A stretch of DNA of 64,000 nucleotides. Source: Antedon mediterranea. Its lineage: Eukaryota; Animalia; Echinodermata. A program made the position numbers and the translations under genes. The stretch covers positions 16,041,432 through 16,105,431 of the forward strand of contig NC_092679.1 of NCBI RefSeq assembly GCF_964355755.1, in the 5' to 3' direction. This document shows positions 51,639-63,931 of this stretch, in pieces. Numbering within the stretch: position 1 is the first letter of the stretch; each line of letters begins with the position of its first letter. The notes beneath the pieces are model-generated. The model ran no database searches, was not told where the DNA came from, and worked only from the letters and a program-made list of their open reading frames with translations.

Positions 51639-53258
51639 ATGCGAAATCTGGATTAAACCAGTATTTACTTGTTTTCTACCAAGCTTTAACATCAGTAGTC
51701 CAAGAATATGTTTAGACAGGCATTTTGGCACTTTTTATCAATTTGTATTGTGTTTGACTGTATTTTAGGAAAATCCTGAAATTGCTTTTTTAAGATCTAA
51801 AGTAGATTTATACTCTATTGGAAGATCGTGCATGCTTAGCTTATCAGTCGGCCTTGAATTCAAATATATCAGATTTTTATAGATACATGTACGTAAGTTT
51901 AAATAAGAGGTTAAATAAAACCAACTTTCCAAAAAACTAACATCCTCTCGGGCTGTTGTTCAGAAAGTCTGTTTTTTCTTGGAATTTTTAACACTAATTA
52001 AATCTCCCAACTCTCTACTTTTTATCATTAAAAAACATTCAGAATACATTGATTTCTGGTGTTCGGTATTAAAAGAGTTTAGTATTAGTTGGAGAGAATC
52101 TGAGAATTCTTGTTTTGTAGAGTGTTCATGTTGGGACACATTTGACTGCCTTCCATAAATTTCACAGAGGCTATAAATGTTCAAAAATGTGTCTTTCACT
52201 AAAGATTTTTTATCATTCAATAACTTATGAGACATTTTTTGTTATCTATTTTTATTGACAAGCATAACGTGAATAATAAAATGCGCAAATTAGTGCTAGA
52301 GTTTTTTATTAATATTTTTTATGAACTAAGAGGGCGCTATTTAACATAACTATAGTTGGTTACTATTTGATATTGAAACACATCATCTCATGTCAGCACA
52401 CATAAACATGATTTTTTTTATGGAAGAAATACGGGTATATATTTTTAACCATAGAGAAATAAGTATATTTCTCTATGCTTTAATATAGTTTGAAAGAATT
52501 ATTATTATTATTATTGAAGAGACTGATACAATAAGTACATTTGGTTTAAGATTTAGTAGGTCTATCCTGGATGAATACTTAAAAATATTTGATATTTCAA
52601 TTACAAGTGATTATTGTATATAACATAGATTTATGATATTGCTATCCAAAAAGATTTATTTTGATGTTGACAATTTTTCTAACTGAACTGAATACAACCT
52701 ACATAGGTGGTTCCAAGAGAAAGAGGACCCTCTAAATTTTGGCAAAGTCCAGCAAAATCCTGAATCTCCCACCGAAAATGTGTAGTTTTTTGTAAAGAAA
52801 ATATCTACAAATGTTACATTATAATTAATTTGTTTACAGTATCTTACAGATTTTAATGTTTGTGATGAATTAATTATATATGTAAAAATGTAACTATTTA
52901 CATGTGCCCTTAAGTTTACCATTTTTTTATTTTTGTTAAAGCTAAAACAATATTAAAAATTATATATATAGGCTTTACAATATATATGTACACAGATTAT
53001 ATAATTTTATTAAGGAGAACATTAATATAATGATTTTAAATTATATAATATTTGTAATAAACAAATTTGCATACATTCCTTCCATTGTGATTAAATTGTG
53101 CTATATTGTATACAAATTTATTAGTAAGGAAATGTGTAATATCAAACAATATCTGTGATTGGTCGTATTACCACTGGTAGCGCCCAATAGGCCAATAGGG
53201 TTCTACGATACAAAATGTTATCAAGTACATGCTAACATCATGTCATGTCATGTCATGT

Positions 53259-53451
53259 GATTACCTCCACCAGAATGGTGAAAGGTTATGAGGTCGATCA
53301 CGAGTGCTTCTTTATTTGTTAGCAGGATTACTTAAAAGTCATTGCCCGATTTTCATAAAGATTTTAAAGGATACATAGCTGTATGGGAATACGTCATTAA
53401 ATTTTCATATGTCTAAGTGGAGGTTTGTGATCTCTGAAAATTCTTCTAGTT
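53259..53451 (+). mobile_element. Helentron/DINE-like short element
   Basis: ATTACCTCCACC...AGGTTATG start and GTGGAGGTTTGTGATCTCTGA...CTTCTAGTT end. Shares a core with 47550-47570. Confidence 0.55.
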
Positions 53452-54778
53452 CGGATATTTAATTGTTAGTATCAACTACCAGATGCTACCGGGCCCGTTG
53501 TTATTGACTGTTATTGATTGTTTCTGGTAGTAAAAATGATTATAAATTAATAAATAATAAGATTAGAGCATTTTAATAACATGTAGTTGATAACATTTTA
53601 TATCATAGAAACCCTACTTGATGGTACTGGCCATGTGACACTATGTGACTTATAACCAAAAACCAAAAAAATATTGTAAATTAAGACATAATTTATTAAT
53701 GTTAATTGGTTACAAAAACAGTGGAAAGATTGATAAAGTAAAAACTTGAATTACATTTTATGCTTAGAGTTGTTAATATTATTTTTAAAGTTTTAAAATG
53801 TTTGTAAATAGATGTACAGTATATATATATACTTATATTACAGTTTTTTGTCTTTATTCAAATGAATTAATATCATGGTTTTTTGAAAGGGGTGTCAAAA
53901 GTGATGCAGGGACCATAGGTGTAGAGAATTGAGAATGTGTCTGAATTTGTCAGTACAAGTAATGGAGTTCCTGCTGTAGTGTTTAATTTTGAATGAAATT
54001 GTAATTCATAAAATACACACACAAAGGACAACCATTCGAGGGGAAACCGTATTAAGGGGCACTTTCCCGTGAAATTAATAAGAGGAAATACTATGGCCAA
54101 CCTGTATAAAAAGAACATGCTGATTAGACACATTTTGGAGTCTCAAAGGTGTCCCCTTAAAAAGGGTTTTGCTGTAGTGGGAAAAGCATTGTTAAACTCT
54201 ACAGATCAGATTCGTGGCTCCACATTTTGAGATACCTAGTATTAATTAGGGCATGTACCTTGATTTTGTAATTAAAACCTTTGTGAAATTTTAAACTGCT
54301 AAGATTGTAGGATTATTAATGTGGATTAACAAGATTATCCTAGATTTTAGATATCACATTATCCAACAAGAATACAAGAATTCAAGAATTATTGCAGATA
54401 TGTACAGTTCTTATCATAGGGTATAGGCAATGCAGAAAACATGAATTTATCATTATTTTAATTCCTCGATTTAATTTCCTTCATTATGCATCAAATGAAC
54501 CGAATTGATCTCACTTGGGAGATTGGGGGTGGGGGAATATGTCCCCCTATAATTTTGAAAGGGGCGCATACAAGAAAAAAATTAGCGTAAGATGGTGATT
54601 TTACATTGTTCATGTTACAACAACAAAATATTTTATACACCTAATAATTAAAAACAAAAAACAACCTTACTTTATAAATGGTGCAGTCAGAGATTTTATA
54701 TAAATAATTTTAAAAATTAGGTGCTTATACTAAATGTTGTCTAAATCTATAAACATCTCTGTCTATTTGTTAATTTTA

Positions 54779-54927
54779 AGCTCTGTCTACACTATCAAAC
54801 TTTATGTGACAAAAAATGTGATGTGCCCATAATATATGGACATGATGACATCATATCACTACCATATTTAAATATATCACTACCGTATTTAGGCACATCA
54901 CACTTTTTTGATAGTGCAGACAGAGCT
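54779..54927. mobile_element. MITE family A copy
   Basis: TTA|AGCTCTGTCTACAC ... GCAGACAGAGCT|TAA. Confidence 0.85.
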
Positions 54928-55979
54928 TAAGAGTGGTTAGAAAAATCTGATGATGTCACAACAATCTATTTATATAAAAAAACCGAATATATTATATTAA
55001 TGTAAATATATTGTGATTTGTATAAACATATTTTCTATCGAATAAATCATATAATTTATGTTATAATGCTAATAAATACAAAGTGCTGTTTTAACAATAA
55101 TGATATCAAAATATTTATTTTCGCTAAGCAATCCCACCAATATAAATTTGCTAATATTACGTATAATTTGCAAATAATGTGTTTGTATAAAAATTCCTGT
55201 TTAATATGTATTTGATGTATTTCGTTGTTTGTAATCACTATGTATGTCAATGAGTTTATAAATAGATTGTCTAGAGGGCAGATACAAATGTTGTTACCTC
55301 ATGAGAGAGGGATCCAGACGGCTGCAATCAGCCATTTAATATGCTAGTCACGCCTCTACGCAATCACGCCCTACTCTACGTCTGTGTTACAGCGTGTTTA
55401 AGTGTAAAGCGTATTCTATACGGTCCTTGTTTTCTATCAATCTAAATTTATTAATTTCATTGCGATTAACAATATAGTTTTATAAACAATTCACTGTGGT
55501 CTTATTAATATATATTATATGTTATTATTATTTCACTAGAGTATTATTTTTTATATACTACATAATATTTGGACAGATGCACAGTATTTTTCTCGTGTTG
55601 AGATCACTTCACACAGTTTGACGATCTAGTAGTTTCTTAGAGACAGTATCTATGTACGTAGACACATCATACTTGTTTTTAACTAAGTAACAGGCAGACA
55701 TACATTTGTCTGGTACGTTACATTATAAAATAATTATATCTGTGCTTATTGATTACTTACAGTTTACTGTGTTAATAACCCACCAATGAAGAGAAATCCC
55801 ATCTCTCACAAATTGCACATTTAAAGTACAGCATAAACTTCAACACTAAAACATAAGATTTTATACAATGCGTATTGTAATATAAACATTTAAATTGTAA
55901 TAAAAGAAATGTAAAATTTGTGGTTAATAGTGTTGTAAGATACCAAAGCTATATAATTTATTCTGATATTTGAAAAGAT

Positions 55980-56300
55980 CGTATATGACCGAATATAGTC
56001 CCATGGGGCTTAATTTGGTGAAAGGGTGGTATTATACTTGGGTTAAATTAATAGTGGATTTACCAAAGTCTTGCGTCTTAAATATCTCGTAGATGACCGA
56101 ATATAGTCCCATGGGGCTTAGTTTGGTGAAAGGGTGGTATTATACTTGGGTTAAATTAATGGTGGATTTACCAAAGTCTTGCGTCTAAAATATCTTGTAT
56201 ATGACCGAATATAGTCCCATGGGCCTAGTTATGACATTTGAAAGAGGTGGTATTATATTTGGGTTAAATTAATAATGGATTTACTGTAATCTTGTGTATA
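55980..56300. repeat. 108-bp tandem repeat, ~3 copies
   Basis: ATGACCGAATATAGTCCCATGGG at 55985, 56093 and 56201. Confidence 0.9.
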
Positions 56301-56598
56301 CAATTTCACCTAAATTAGAATAGGAGGTATAATACACAAGAATGGGAGATGCTTAGTATAATACACAGTAATATCATTGGGAATGGCTTTATAATTGAGA
56401 ATTTTTAGGTCAGTGGATTAATTATTCCTTGCTTGGTAAATCTCAAGAACAGGGACCAAATTTTCATAGTTGTTTGTGTTATGTTAATGTTGTAAATAAA
56501 GTATACTGTATAAACATTGTCTAAAATATTTGCTTGAAAATAAACTTATTGTGATTAAATTATGTGTTTTTTTTTTTGTATACTGAATTGGTGTTTAA

Positions 56599-56973
56599 AG
56601 CCGATTTTCCACTAGGCGAATTTGTTCGTGCGAATCGAAAGCGTCATGCTATGCACATGCGTATTCGCGTTTCTGTCTGTCATATTGCCTTCTTCGACGA
56701 ATTCTATTTCCTTTGATTTTTCGCTTCAGCGAAATTTACTAGTTCGAATTGTTTCTACTTTTTGCGAAGCGAAATATTGCGCAACCAATCAGAGCTCAGG
56801 AAATGAGCTATGACGCTTTCATGAGCACTCATGTGAATCGAAATGCTCAGCAACCACGCGAGGAACATGAACGTCGCAGCTATTCGCTCATGTAGTGGAA
56901 AGAGAGTAGGCGATTTTTTTCTCTTTGAAACGTTGGATTCGCGCGAACAAATTCGCCTAGTGGAAAATCAGCT
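56599..56973. mobile_element. Harbinger-like MITE with ~38-bp TIRs
   Basis: TAA|AGCCGATTTTCCACTAGGCGAATTTGTTCGTGCGAATC ... GATTCGCGCGAACAAATTCGCCTAGTGGAAAATCAGCT|TTA. Confidence 0.88.
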
Positions 56974-57549
56974 TTAGGCAGGCAGAGGCACTGTAAACCA
57001 TATCTACAAAATCAACACATGTTTACAGGCACTCTTGGCAATAGTTCTAGTGGTAGAAGAAGTCTTCTTGGATAAGCTCTTGTGTATGTCTATTTAAAAT
57101 AACCCAGTGCATCTCTCAGAAAAATAAATACAATTTTATACTAAATATTTTATAACCAGCATTTATTTAGATGTTATCCCTGACTTGCAAAGACTTATTG
57201 CAATGATGTAAATAGTAATTATCCAATTGGCTTTCCACTTTTAAACTAATTTGCATACTACAGGTGTGGTTTACTTTTGTTTATCATTCCTCTGTGCTTG
57301 TGTTAGTCAGTATAGCCACAGCCATTAGACAATTGACTACAATATTACAGTCACTAGTGTATAATACTTGGATATTTACTTGGGAATACTTACATTAGCC
57401 TGCAGTTTGGTACCAAACTCAAGCTTTGGTAAGTTACACAATACTTGTATTATAGATCAATATTACTGTTAATAATATTGGCTTTAGTGTATAATCTAGG
57501 CCTTATATTTGTTAATACTCCTAATACTGTGGTGTACAATACACTGTAC

Positions 57550-57780
57550 CAAAGTAGACACAGTCCAGTGTTCACATCCGGCTTGTGCGCAAAAAAACCT
57601 AGTTCACTTTTTGTAAGAGTAGGGTTTACCCTAGTGTACTGGTCCATCTCAGCCCTGTCATGGAGAGACGAATGAGCATTGTTTGGTGGGACCCTTAGGA
57701 GAGAAGAAAGTTGTTGTACTGTATGTGTTGATCTCCACACCTGTGCGCAATTCAGCCCAGTAGGTTGCAAGTCAAAAGTT
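57550..57780. repeat. Dispersed SINE-like repeat (related to 14220-14310 and 34270-34340)
   Basis: Shares sequence blocks with both loci. Confidence 0.55.
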
Positions 57781-58136
57781 ATTGCCCAACATTTACATAA
57801 TTTATTGTACACAATTTGTTTATTAATTATTAAATTATTGTGATGAAACAACGTAAATATTTCAAACATATTACCACAAGATGTATTTGACATGACATAT
57901 TTATTGAATTCAAACACAATAAATATTGTAATATTGGTTCTTAGTATTAATATCACAGTTTAAAAAATAGGAAATAAAAATAAATATTTATACCATGTAT
58001 TTAATGTCACCTGCGACAGCCATTTATATTTTTCAATAGAATGGGGCAGTGGCAAATTGACTGCCAAGTGGTGTATAAGCATGCATAGGTATTTATACTC
58101 AGGGCTACAGCTTCATAGAATGACAATTCTGTGTAA

Positions 58137-58274
58137 AGCTCTGTCTACACTATCAAACTTTATATAAAAAAAAATGTATGTGCCTATATATGGACAGGAT
58201 TACGTCATATCAATACCATATTTGGGCACATCACACTTTTTTAGTTAAACTAGTTTGACAATGTAGACAGAGTT
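58137..58274. mobile_element. MITE family A copy
   Basis: TIRs; TAA/TA flanks. Confidence 0.8.
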
Positions 58275-58294
58275 TATTATAATGTGTTGCTGGT

Positions 58295-58645
58295 AAAATA
58301 GAACCCATCTTTTGGGACACCACTATTCAGGAGACTTTCCTGTGAAACAAATAAGGGGCAATATGGGCCTACTGTATATCCCCTTGTGGGCTTATACCTG
58401 AGGATTAAAATGTCATAGTTCGGTGTAATGCTATATTAATCTACTATAAAATTTAAGATGGGCCTACAGTTTATCCCCTGGTGGGCTTTTCCAGAGTTAG
58501 TATCTTCATACAGTAGTCTGTAGGTCACCCTTAACACTTTCCCAATAAACGAAAGAGATATAATAATAATATATAACTTAACACTACGGCCGGCCAAACC
58601 TATTTCTGACCCAATAAAGTGTCCCTTCAATAGAGGTTCTACTGC
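58295..58645. mobile_element. Tc1/mariner-pogo-type MITE remnant (terminus CAGTAGAACCTC); fragments also near 1500, 14930, 19980, 36060, 36715, 54160, 60110, 61730, 63520
   Basis: Recurrent GTGTCCCCTTAATAG...AGAGGTTCTACTG end motif, usually TA-flanked. Confidence 0.55.
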
Positions 58646-59498
58646 ATTTCTTGTTTTACCACAAGCACCAAAGACACACTATTTATATTACTATTATTAA
58701 CACATTTATTTTTTGTAAAACAAGAAATACATATTTGAGTTGATAAAAATTAAAGAAATTACCTACTCTAGTAATACAAATTACAGAAAATATCTTTTTC
58801 TTTTTGCCATTACATTTGAACTTTTATTATTTACGAGAAAAAAATGATTGCTTCTATACACATATTAATACCTAGTTAATAATATTCAATAAATAAAATA
58901 AACTCTCTTGTTATACATACATTATTTCTTTGCATTATTGAAATGATAGAGAAATTCAATTTTCTATAATTTCTCAAATTATTCAAACATGTTTGATACC
59001 AAACTAGGGCATCTTGTACAGCTACAAGGAGGCCGAGTAGTCGCACCCTGAACATATCCACACCCAAAAGCTAGGCACATAATACCTAAAGTAAGTCAAC
59101 TCCGCAGGATTACAACACACCCTGAATTATGCCCAAATTATGGTGTGCAAGAAGTCACTTTCTGAACCTGTGCCCACAAACTTATCATATAACACCCAAC
59201 TTATTTTAAACTTTATAGTAACTTGGCATAGAGAACATTAGACCATTAAATATATTATATATTTATATGTATTTTACTTAAATGTAAAAGTTCCTACAGT
59301 AGGAAGGGTAGGTTAATTTATAAGGTGGTATAATATATTAGTTATCTTCTGTTTCCCTAACCATAGGTTATTGACTTCCATAACTGCTTTTCCGATTCTT
59401 TAGGCAAGTTAACGTAAACCATTCTTTTCGCCATTTTAAATAATGGATCTTTAACTCCACCAATGCGATTTCTGTTCTCTACCAGCAGTAGTTATTCG

Positions 59499-59606
59499 CT
59501 ACCAATCGGCTTCACCTATCCCACGATGAAACACCCAATCTTTACCCTCTAGGTTCATGATTCCGTCTTTTAAATGAAATTTCCACCTATTTCGTGTTCT
59601 GTTAAT
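59499..59606 (-). CDS. GTF2A1: TFIIA-L last coding exon
   Basis: INRTRNRWKFHLKDGIMNLEGKDWVFHRGIGEADW*. Confidence 0.95.
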   Translation of the reverse strand: MNRTRNRWKFHLKDGIMNLEGKDWVFHRGIGEADW

Positions 59607-62600
59607 CTGTAGAAACAAATTTAGACTATGTTATTGAAAGAAGGTAGAAACATGATAGAAATGTGTTGTCCGGAATAAGCAAAAAGGTAAAATAGAAGAA
59701 TAGAGGCATAGCCTATAAGTCACTCTTGTTACAGCCTTAAGCTTTGTCTACACTATCAAACTTTATGTGACAAAAATGTGATGTGCCCGTATATATCACA
59801 TGATGATGTCATATCACTACCATATTTGAGCATATCACTAACATATTTGGGCACATCACACTTTTTATGTCGAACTAGTTTCATAGTGTAGACAGAACTT
59901 AAGCACTGTTTATCCTCAAAAAACATCTAGACCAATATCCTTGTAATATCCTTAAGCACACCCGTTATTCAATATATGTTTCAACACTATGGGGACACAC
60001 TTATTATTACTGGGATATTTTAGTGTGAAACAAATGAGGAAAAACATACGTTTTAACACTAGGGCCAACACCTACTCAGGGAACAGTTTTCTGGAGCCTG
60101 AAGGTGTCCCCTTAATAGGGCTTCCACTATACATACATACCTTTTCATATTGACAAACTATGACATTATCTGTATCAAATATATCTTCTGGCTCATCTCC
60201 ACTATCATCGTCATCAGAATTTAATGGCTCCTAATAAATACAATAATTTAACAACTTCTTCATGTGACTGTTGTAATGTTTTGTGATTTAAAAAAAAAAT
60301 GAAAGTTTAGACTAGTAACAGTTAAATCTCTGTCTACACTATCAAACTTTATGTGACAAAAAAATGTGATGTGCCCATATATGGACATGAGGATGTCGTG
60401 TCACTACCATATTTGGGTACATCACACTTTTTTTGTCAAACTTGTTTGATAGTGTAGACACAACTTTGATTAGATGTACCAGGTATAGTGTCTCATTATA
60501 AAACAAATTTAACTCCTCCCATGGCCAAAATGTGAGGGCTGAATGTTTGCATGTCCTAGCATTAGATTTAAGAAGGAAAGGTCTGATTAATTGATTACTT
60601 TACCTTTTAACAGTAGGTGTGTTATAAAACAAATAATGACTGTTTTGTATTAGTTGAATAGGGAGAATATTTTAATTTATTGAAACGTAATAGGATAGAA
60701 TAGGCAACAAATTTGTATAGTGTTACCTCTTCAACTACAGCTCCAGGATGTCCGTCCCCATCCTCATCACCATTATCATCATCTTTGGCATCATCGTCTT
60801 CATCATCATCATCACCAAAATCATCATCATCTGATGATGAATCGTTACCACCATCCACTTGTAATACAGATGTTGTTGTAGCCTGTGTAAAAGATACAAA
60901 ATTAAAATGCTATTTATTAATGTTATTTTTACCAAAAATTTCCATTAGTAAGAGATGTTCATAACATAAAAATAGTTATAATAATATAAAACTTTGTAAT
61001 ATACTAATATTATATACTGTAGTCATCATGGAGATGAGCCACCAAATATGGCTGTATTAAATAAGATATACCAGTTAGAAGTCACAACCATTATTTTTAT
61101 GTGAAAATTGACATTTACCAACATTTTTTCAATTAGCAATATATAATTAATGTTATAAAAACCGAACTATATTTGACAACAATTTATTTGGTTTCATATT
61201 TTAAATCTAATATACTGTTACTAACTGTTAAGCAGATAAATGGAAAAATTGTTGCCCTATACTGTAGTTGTAATATAATACCTCTATGGGGCTCTAGTTT
61301 TAATATCTCTATGGGTCTAACAACTCAATCCAACTAGACAAAAATAAATTCATTGTGTGTTCTTTTAACTAATTCTAACAACTTCATCATCAGGTTCATT
61401 ATTTATGTTGTACTAGCGTTTTTGTAACATACTTGTGATTGGACTTGTTGTATTTGTTGTTGTAGCGTCTGTGATATCGCAGCCGCCGACGTAGCCTGCG
61501 AGGCTGGTCCACTTAGCTGCCTCTGCTGTTGTTGTTGCTGCTGTAGTTGTTGTTGCTGCTGTTGTAACACAGCGGCCTGAACTTGTTGAATTGTTGGTTG
61601 CTGGACAGCGTAGACTAGCTGATTCCCGACTTGATAGCATCGATACACTTGCTGTTGTTGTCCCGGTGCTATACAATAGACAAATTGAAATTTCATAAAA
61701 GCTCTATTAAGGTTCAACAAAGTGTCCCCTTGCCTGTAATAGGAGTGTCCTCAATAGGGATTGGCTAAAGGGTTAAATAATATATTTCCCCTCGTTTGAT
61801 TCACTGGAAAGTGTCCCTTAATTGGATTGTTCCCTGGATGCATTATTTTTTTTTCCTATGCAATTAAGGCAGAAATCATTTATTAGAATAATTATGACAT
61901 AATATGGGACATTATAGAGGGCACTATATAAGCATGCAGAGATATTAAATCATTTGTGTAAACAGCGTTTGCCAACCGAAATGTTTGGTCTAGTGGTAAA
62001 GGCTTTAACCTATTACACTGGAGCCCTCGGTTCAAAGTCTTTCAAGAACATGTTTTTTTAGTTGAGAGATTATTTAGAGGGTTATATTTAGGAAGTAGCT
62101 ATCTTGCAATTCTTTATAATAGAAAATAATTAAGGTAATGAATTATTTATGATTTCTCCCTTAATTGCATAAGAAAAAAAACAATGCTACCTGGATAGGT
62201 CTATCTTAGAGGAAATGTTCTACTTTAGTTTTTTAAAAGAAAAATAACTATTCATGTAAATAGTTATAGAAAAGTCTCCTAAAACCAGTTTCAAATGTAT
62301 TCTTATTCTGAAATGATTCTCTTGACATCTTCCAAGTTACTGTTTCCACCCTCTTGAAATGGTAAAAAGGTGCACATTAATTTACTGTATATCGCATTTT
62401 CTAACATTGTGTTTACATTTATTTAGTATCTTATTTCTACGCTTTATTAATGTTATACCTGCTTGAGGTAGTGCCACAGGTTGTTGAGCTAACTCTGTGG
62501 GTAAATTAACATGCGGCACATTCTGTACTGCTAATGTTGCCATTTCAGCTGGTCCACTCTGAAAAAAAACCCCACAATTACTTAATTAGTTTATTAGTAA

Positions 62601-63665
62601 TTAATTAGTAGTTAGTAGTTTATTTAATATCACACCATGAATTATAGGACTGATAAATGCACAGTTCAGTGGTAGTACTGTACAATTTTACAACTTCCTG
62701 GTAAAGCTTACTACAGTATATATATTTATTATAATGTTTAGTAAAATCGTTTTGAGTTAGACAATTTATAATCTGTTATGTCTGATAGGGTTTACTTAAC
62801 AATAGGTACAGTATGTGACAATATACTATACAGTACTATACTATAGTACCTACAGTACTGTACTATGCTCTTACATACAGATAGCCAGATCAATTCATAT
62901 ACAGTAGTATGAGCTAGAAAAACCAGTAAAATACAACAGTTAGCATCGAGTCAATTGACTATTGAAAGCAGATAACCAACCTCACATATATAGCTGGTAT
63001 TAACAACAGAGAATAGTAATTTTAAATTATGAAACCCTTTAAATAGATATACAATATATTTCTTACCAATATTGATGCCTGATGGCCACGAGTCATATCA
63101 ACATGTGACTTTCCCGCTGTTCCCAAATCTATCAAAACAAAATGTTTAAAATCCAATCTAAAACCCTCCTTCTTTACAGTAGAGTATGTGCTACATCTTT
63201 TACAAACATGGATGGGATTCCATCTTCCCTCCCCCTCACAATGTTCTCGGTCCAATTGTAAAAATTATTGAGAACACCACAATTAACATTAAATATTCTA
63301 TGGTTGCGATAACATCACCCACTAAGTTTCATAAAGGAACCTTTTTAAAGGGACAACTTCGGGACCCAACAAAGTGTCTTGTGAATATGTGTTGGCCATA
63401 ATGTTAAAACGATTATATATCATGGCGGTAGCCTACTGTATTTGATACCTCCATAACATACTGTACTGTATATTCATTCTCATTCTTTTCTCAAGAAAGT
63501 GTCCCCTTACTGTAATAGAGGTGTTTCAAATGAGGAATTCTACTGTGACTTACTCGGCTTCAAATAGTTTCTATTGGAACCATGGCTATGAGCAGCAGTG
63601 GCTGCCATATATTGGGGTTCATGGCTCTCAAGAGCTCTAGACTGCTCCAGCTTAGTTTTCCAAAT
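59499..63665 (-). CDS. GTF2A1: Transcription initiation factor IIA large subunit (alpha/beta precursor), 5'-partial; complement(join(59499-59606,60141-60230,60727-60882,61433-61668,62459-62558,63067-63128,63554-63665))
   Basis: GT/AG exons with compatible phases. IWKTKLEQSRAL (alpha-helix end), a Q-rich linker, LQVDG taspase-1 site, acidic region, EPLNSDDD...DTDNVIVCQYEK and INRTRNRWKFHLKDGIMNLEGKDWVFHRGIGEADW*. Confidence 0.95.
59740..59899. mobile_element. MITE family A copy (TFIIA intron)
   Basis: TIRs with TTA/TAA flanks. Confidence 0.85.
60141..60230 (-). CDS. GTF2A1: TFIIA-L exon (90 bp)
   Basis: EPLNSDDDDSGDEPEDIFDTDNVIVCQYEK. Confidence 0.95.
60326..60465. mobile_element. MITE family A copy (TFIIA intron)
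   Basis: TIRs and internal unit. Confidence 0.8.
60727..60882 (-). CDS. GTF2A1: TFIIA-L exon (156 bp), taspase site and acidic region
   Basis: ATTTSVLQVDGGNDSSSDDDD...AVVEE. Confidence 0.92.
61433..61668 (-). CDS. GTF2A1: TFIIA-L exon (236 bp), polyQ linker
   Basis: Phase-1 start, phase-0 end, Q-rich. Confidence 0.85.
61840..62187. mobile_element. TIR element with an internal tRNA-like segment, nested in a mariner-type MITE
   Basis: About 40-bp TIRs GCATTATTTT..CCTATGCAATTAAGGCAGAAATCAT / ATGATTTCTCCCTTAATTGCATAAG..AATGC. CCTGGAT is duplicated on both flanks. Confidence 0.65.
62459..62558 (-). CDS. GTF2A1: TFIIA-L exon (100 bp)
   Basis: SGPAEMATLAVQNVPHVNLPTELAQQPVALPQA; phases fit both neighbours. 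Confidence 0.8.
63067..63128 (-). CDS. GTF2A1: TFIIA-L exon (62 bp)
   Basis: LGTAGKSHVDMTRGHQASIL; needed to restore phase; AG/GTAAG sites. Confidence 0.75.
63554..63665 (-). CDS. GTF2A1: TFIIA-L exon (112 bp)
   Basis: IWKTKLEQSRALESHE..., homologous to the human LWENKLMQSRAV segment. Confidence 0.88.
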
Positions 63666-63931
63666 CTATAATAAAACACAGTTTAAACAAATACAAATTA
63701 AAGGTGAGTTAAACTATATAATGAAAGGTGAGTTAAACTATATATTGAAAGGCAGCTAAAAACCCAAAAATATATAATCATGAATTATCAAAAATTATTT
63801 ACATTTATTAGAAAAAATCATAGGTGAATTTAAGAAACTGCAGTAAATGCTAGAGTTGTGTTAATAATCACCATGGTGATGCAGCTATACTGCAGATTAA
63901 AACTACACAATACAAATATGATAAACTGTAA

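Noticed and set aside
57445-57956. 168-aa and 76-aa ORFs between the two genes
   Set aside because: They overlap SINE-like repeat sequence and have no recognisable domain or splice structure.
60622-61720. Stand-alone acidic, Ser-rich and polyQ/Thr ORFs
   Set aside because: These are TFIIA exons read through into introns, or their shadow frames.
61986-62040. Functional tRNA gene
   Set aside because: A and B boxes are present but I could not form a complete cloverleaf or acceptor stem; it is embedded in a TIR element.
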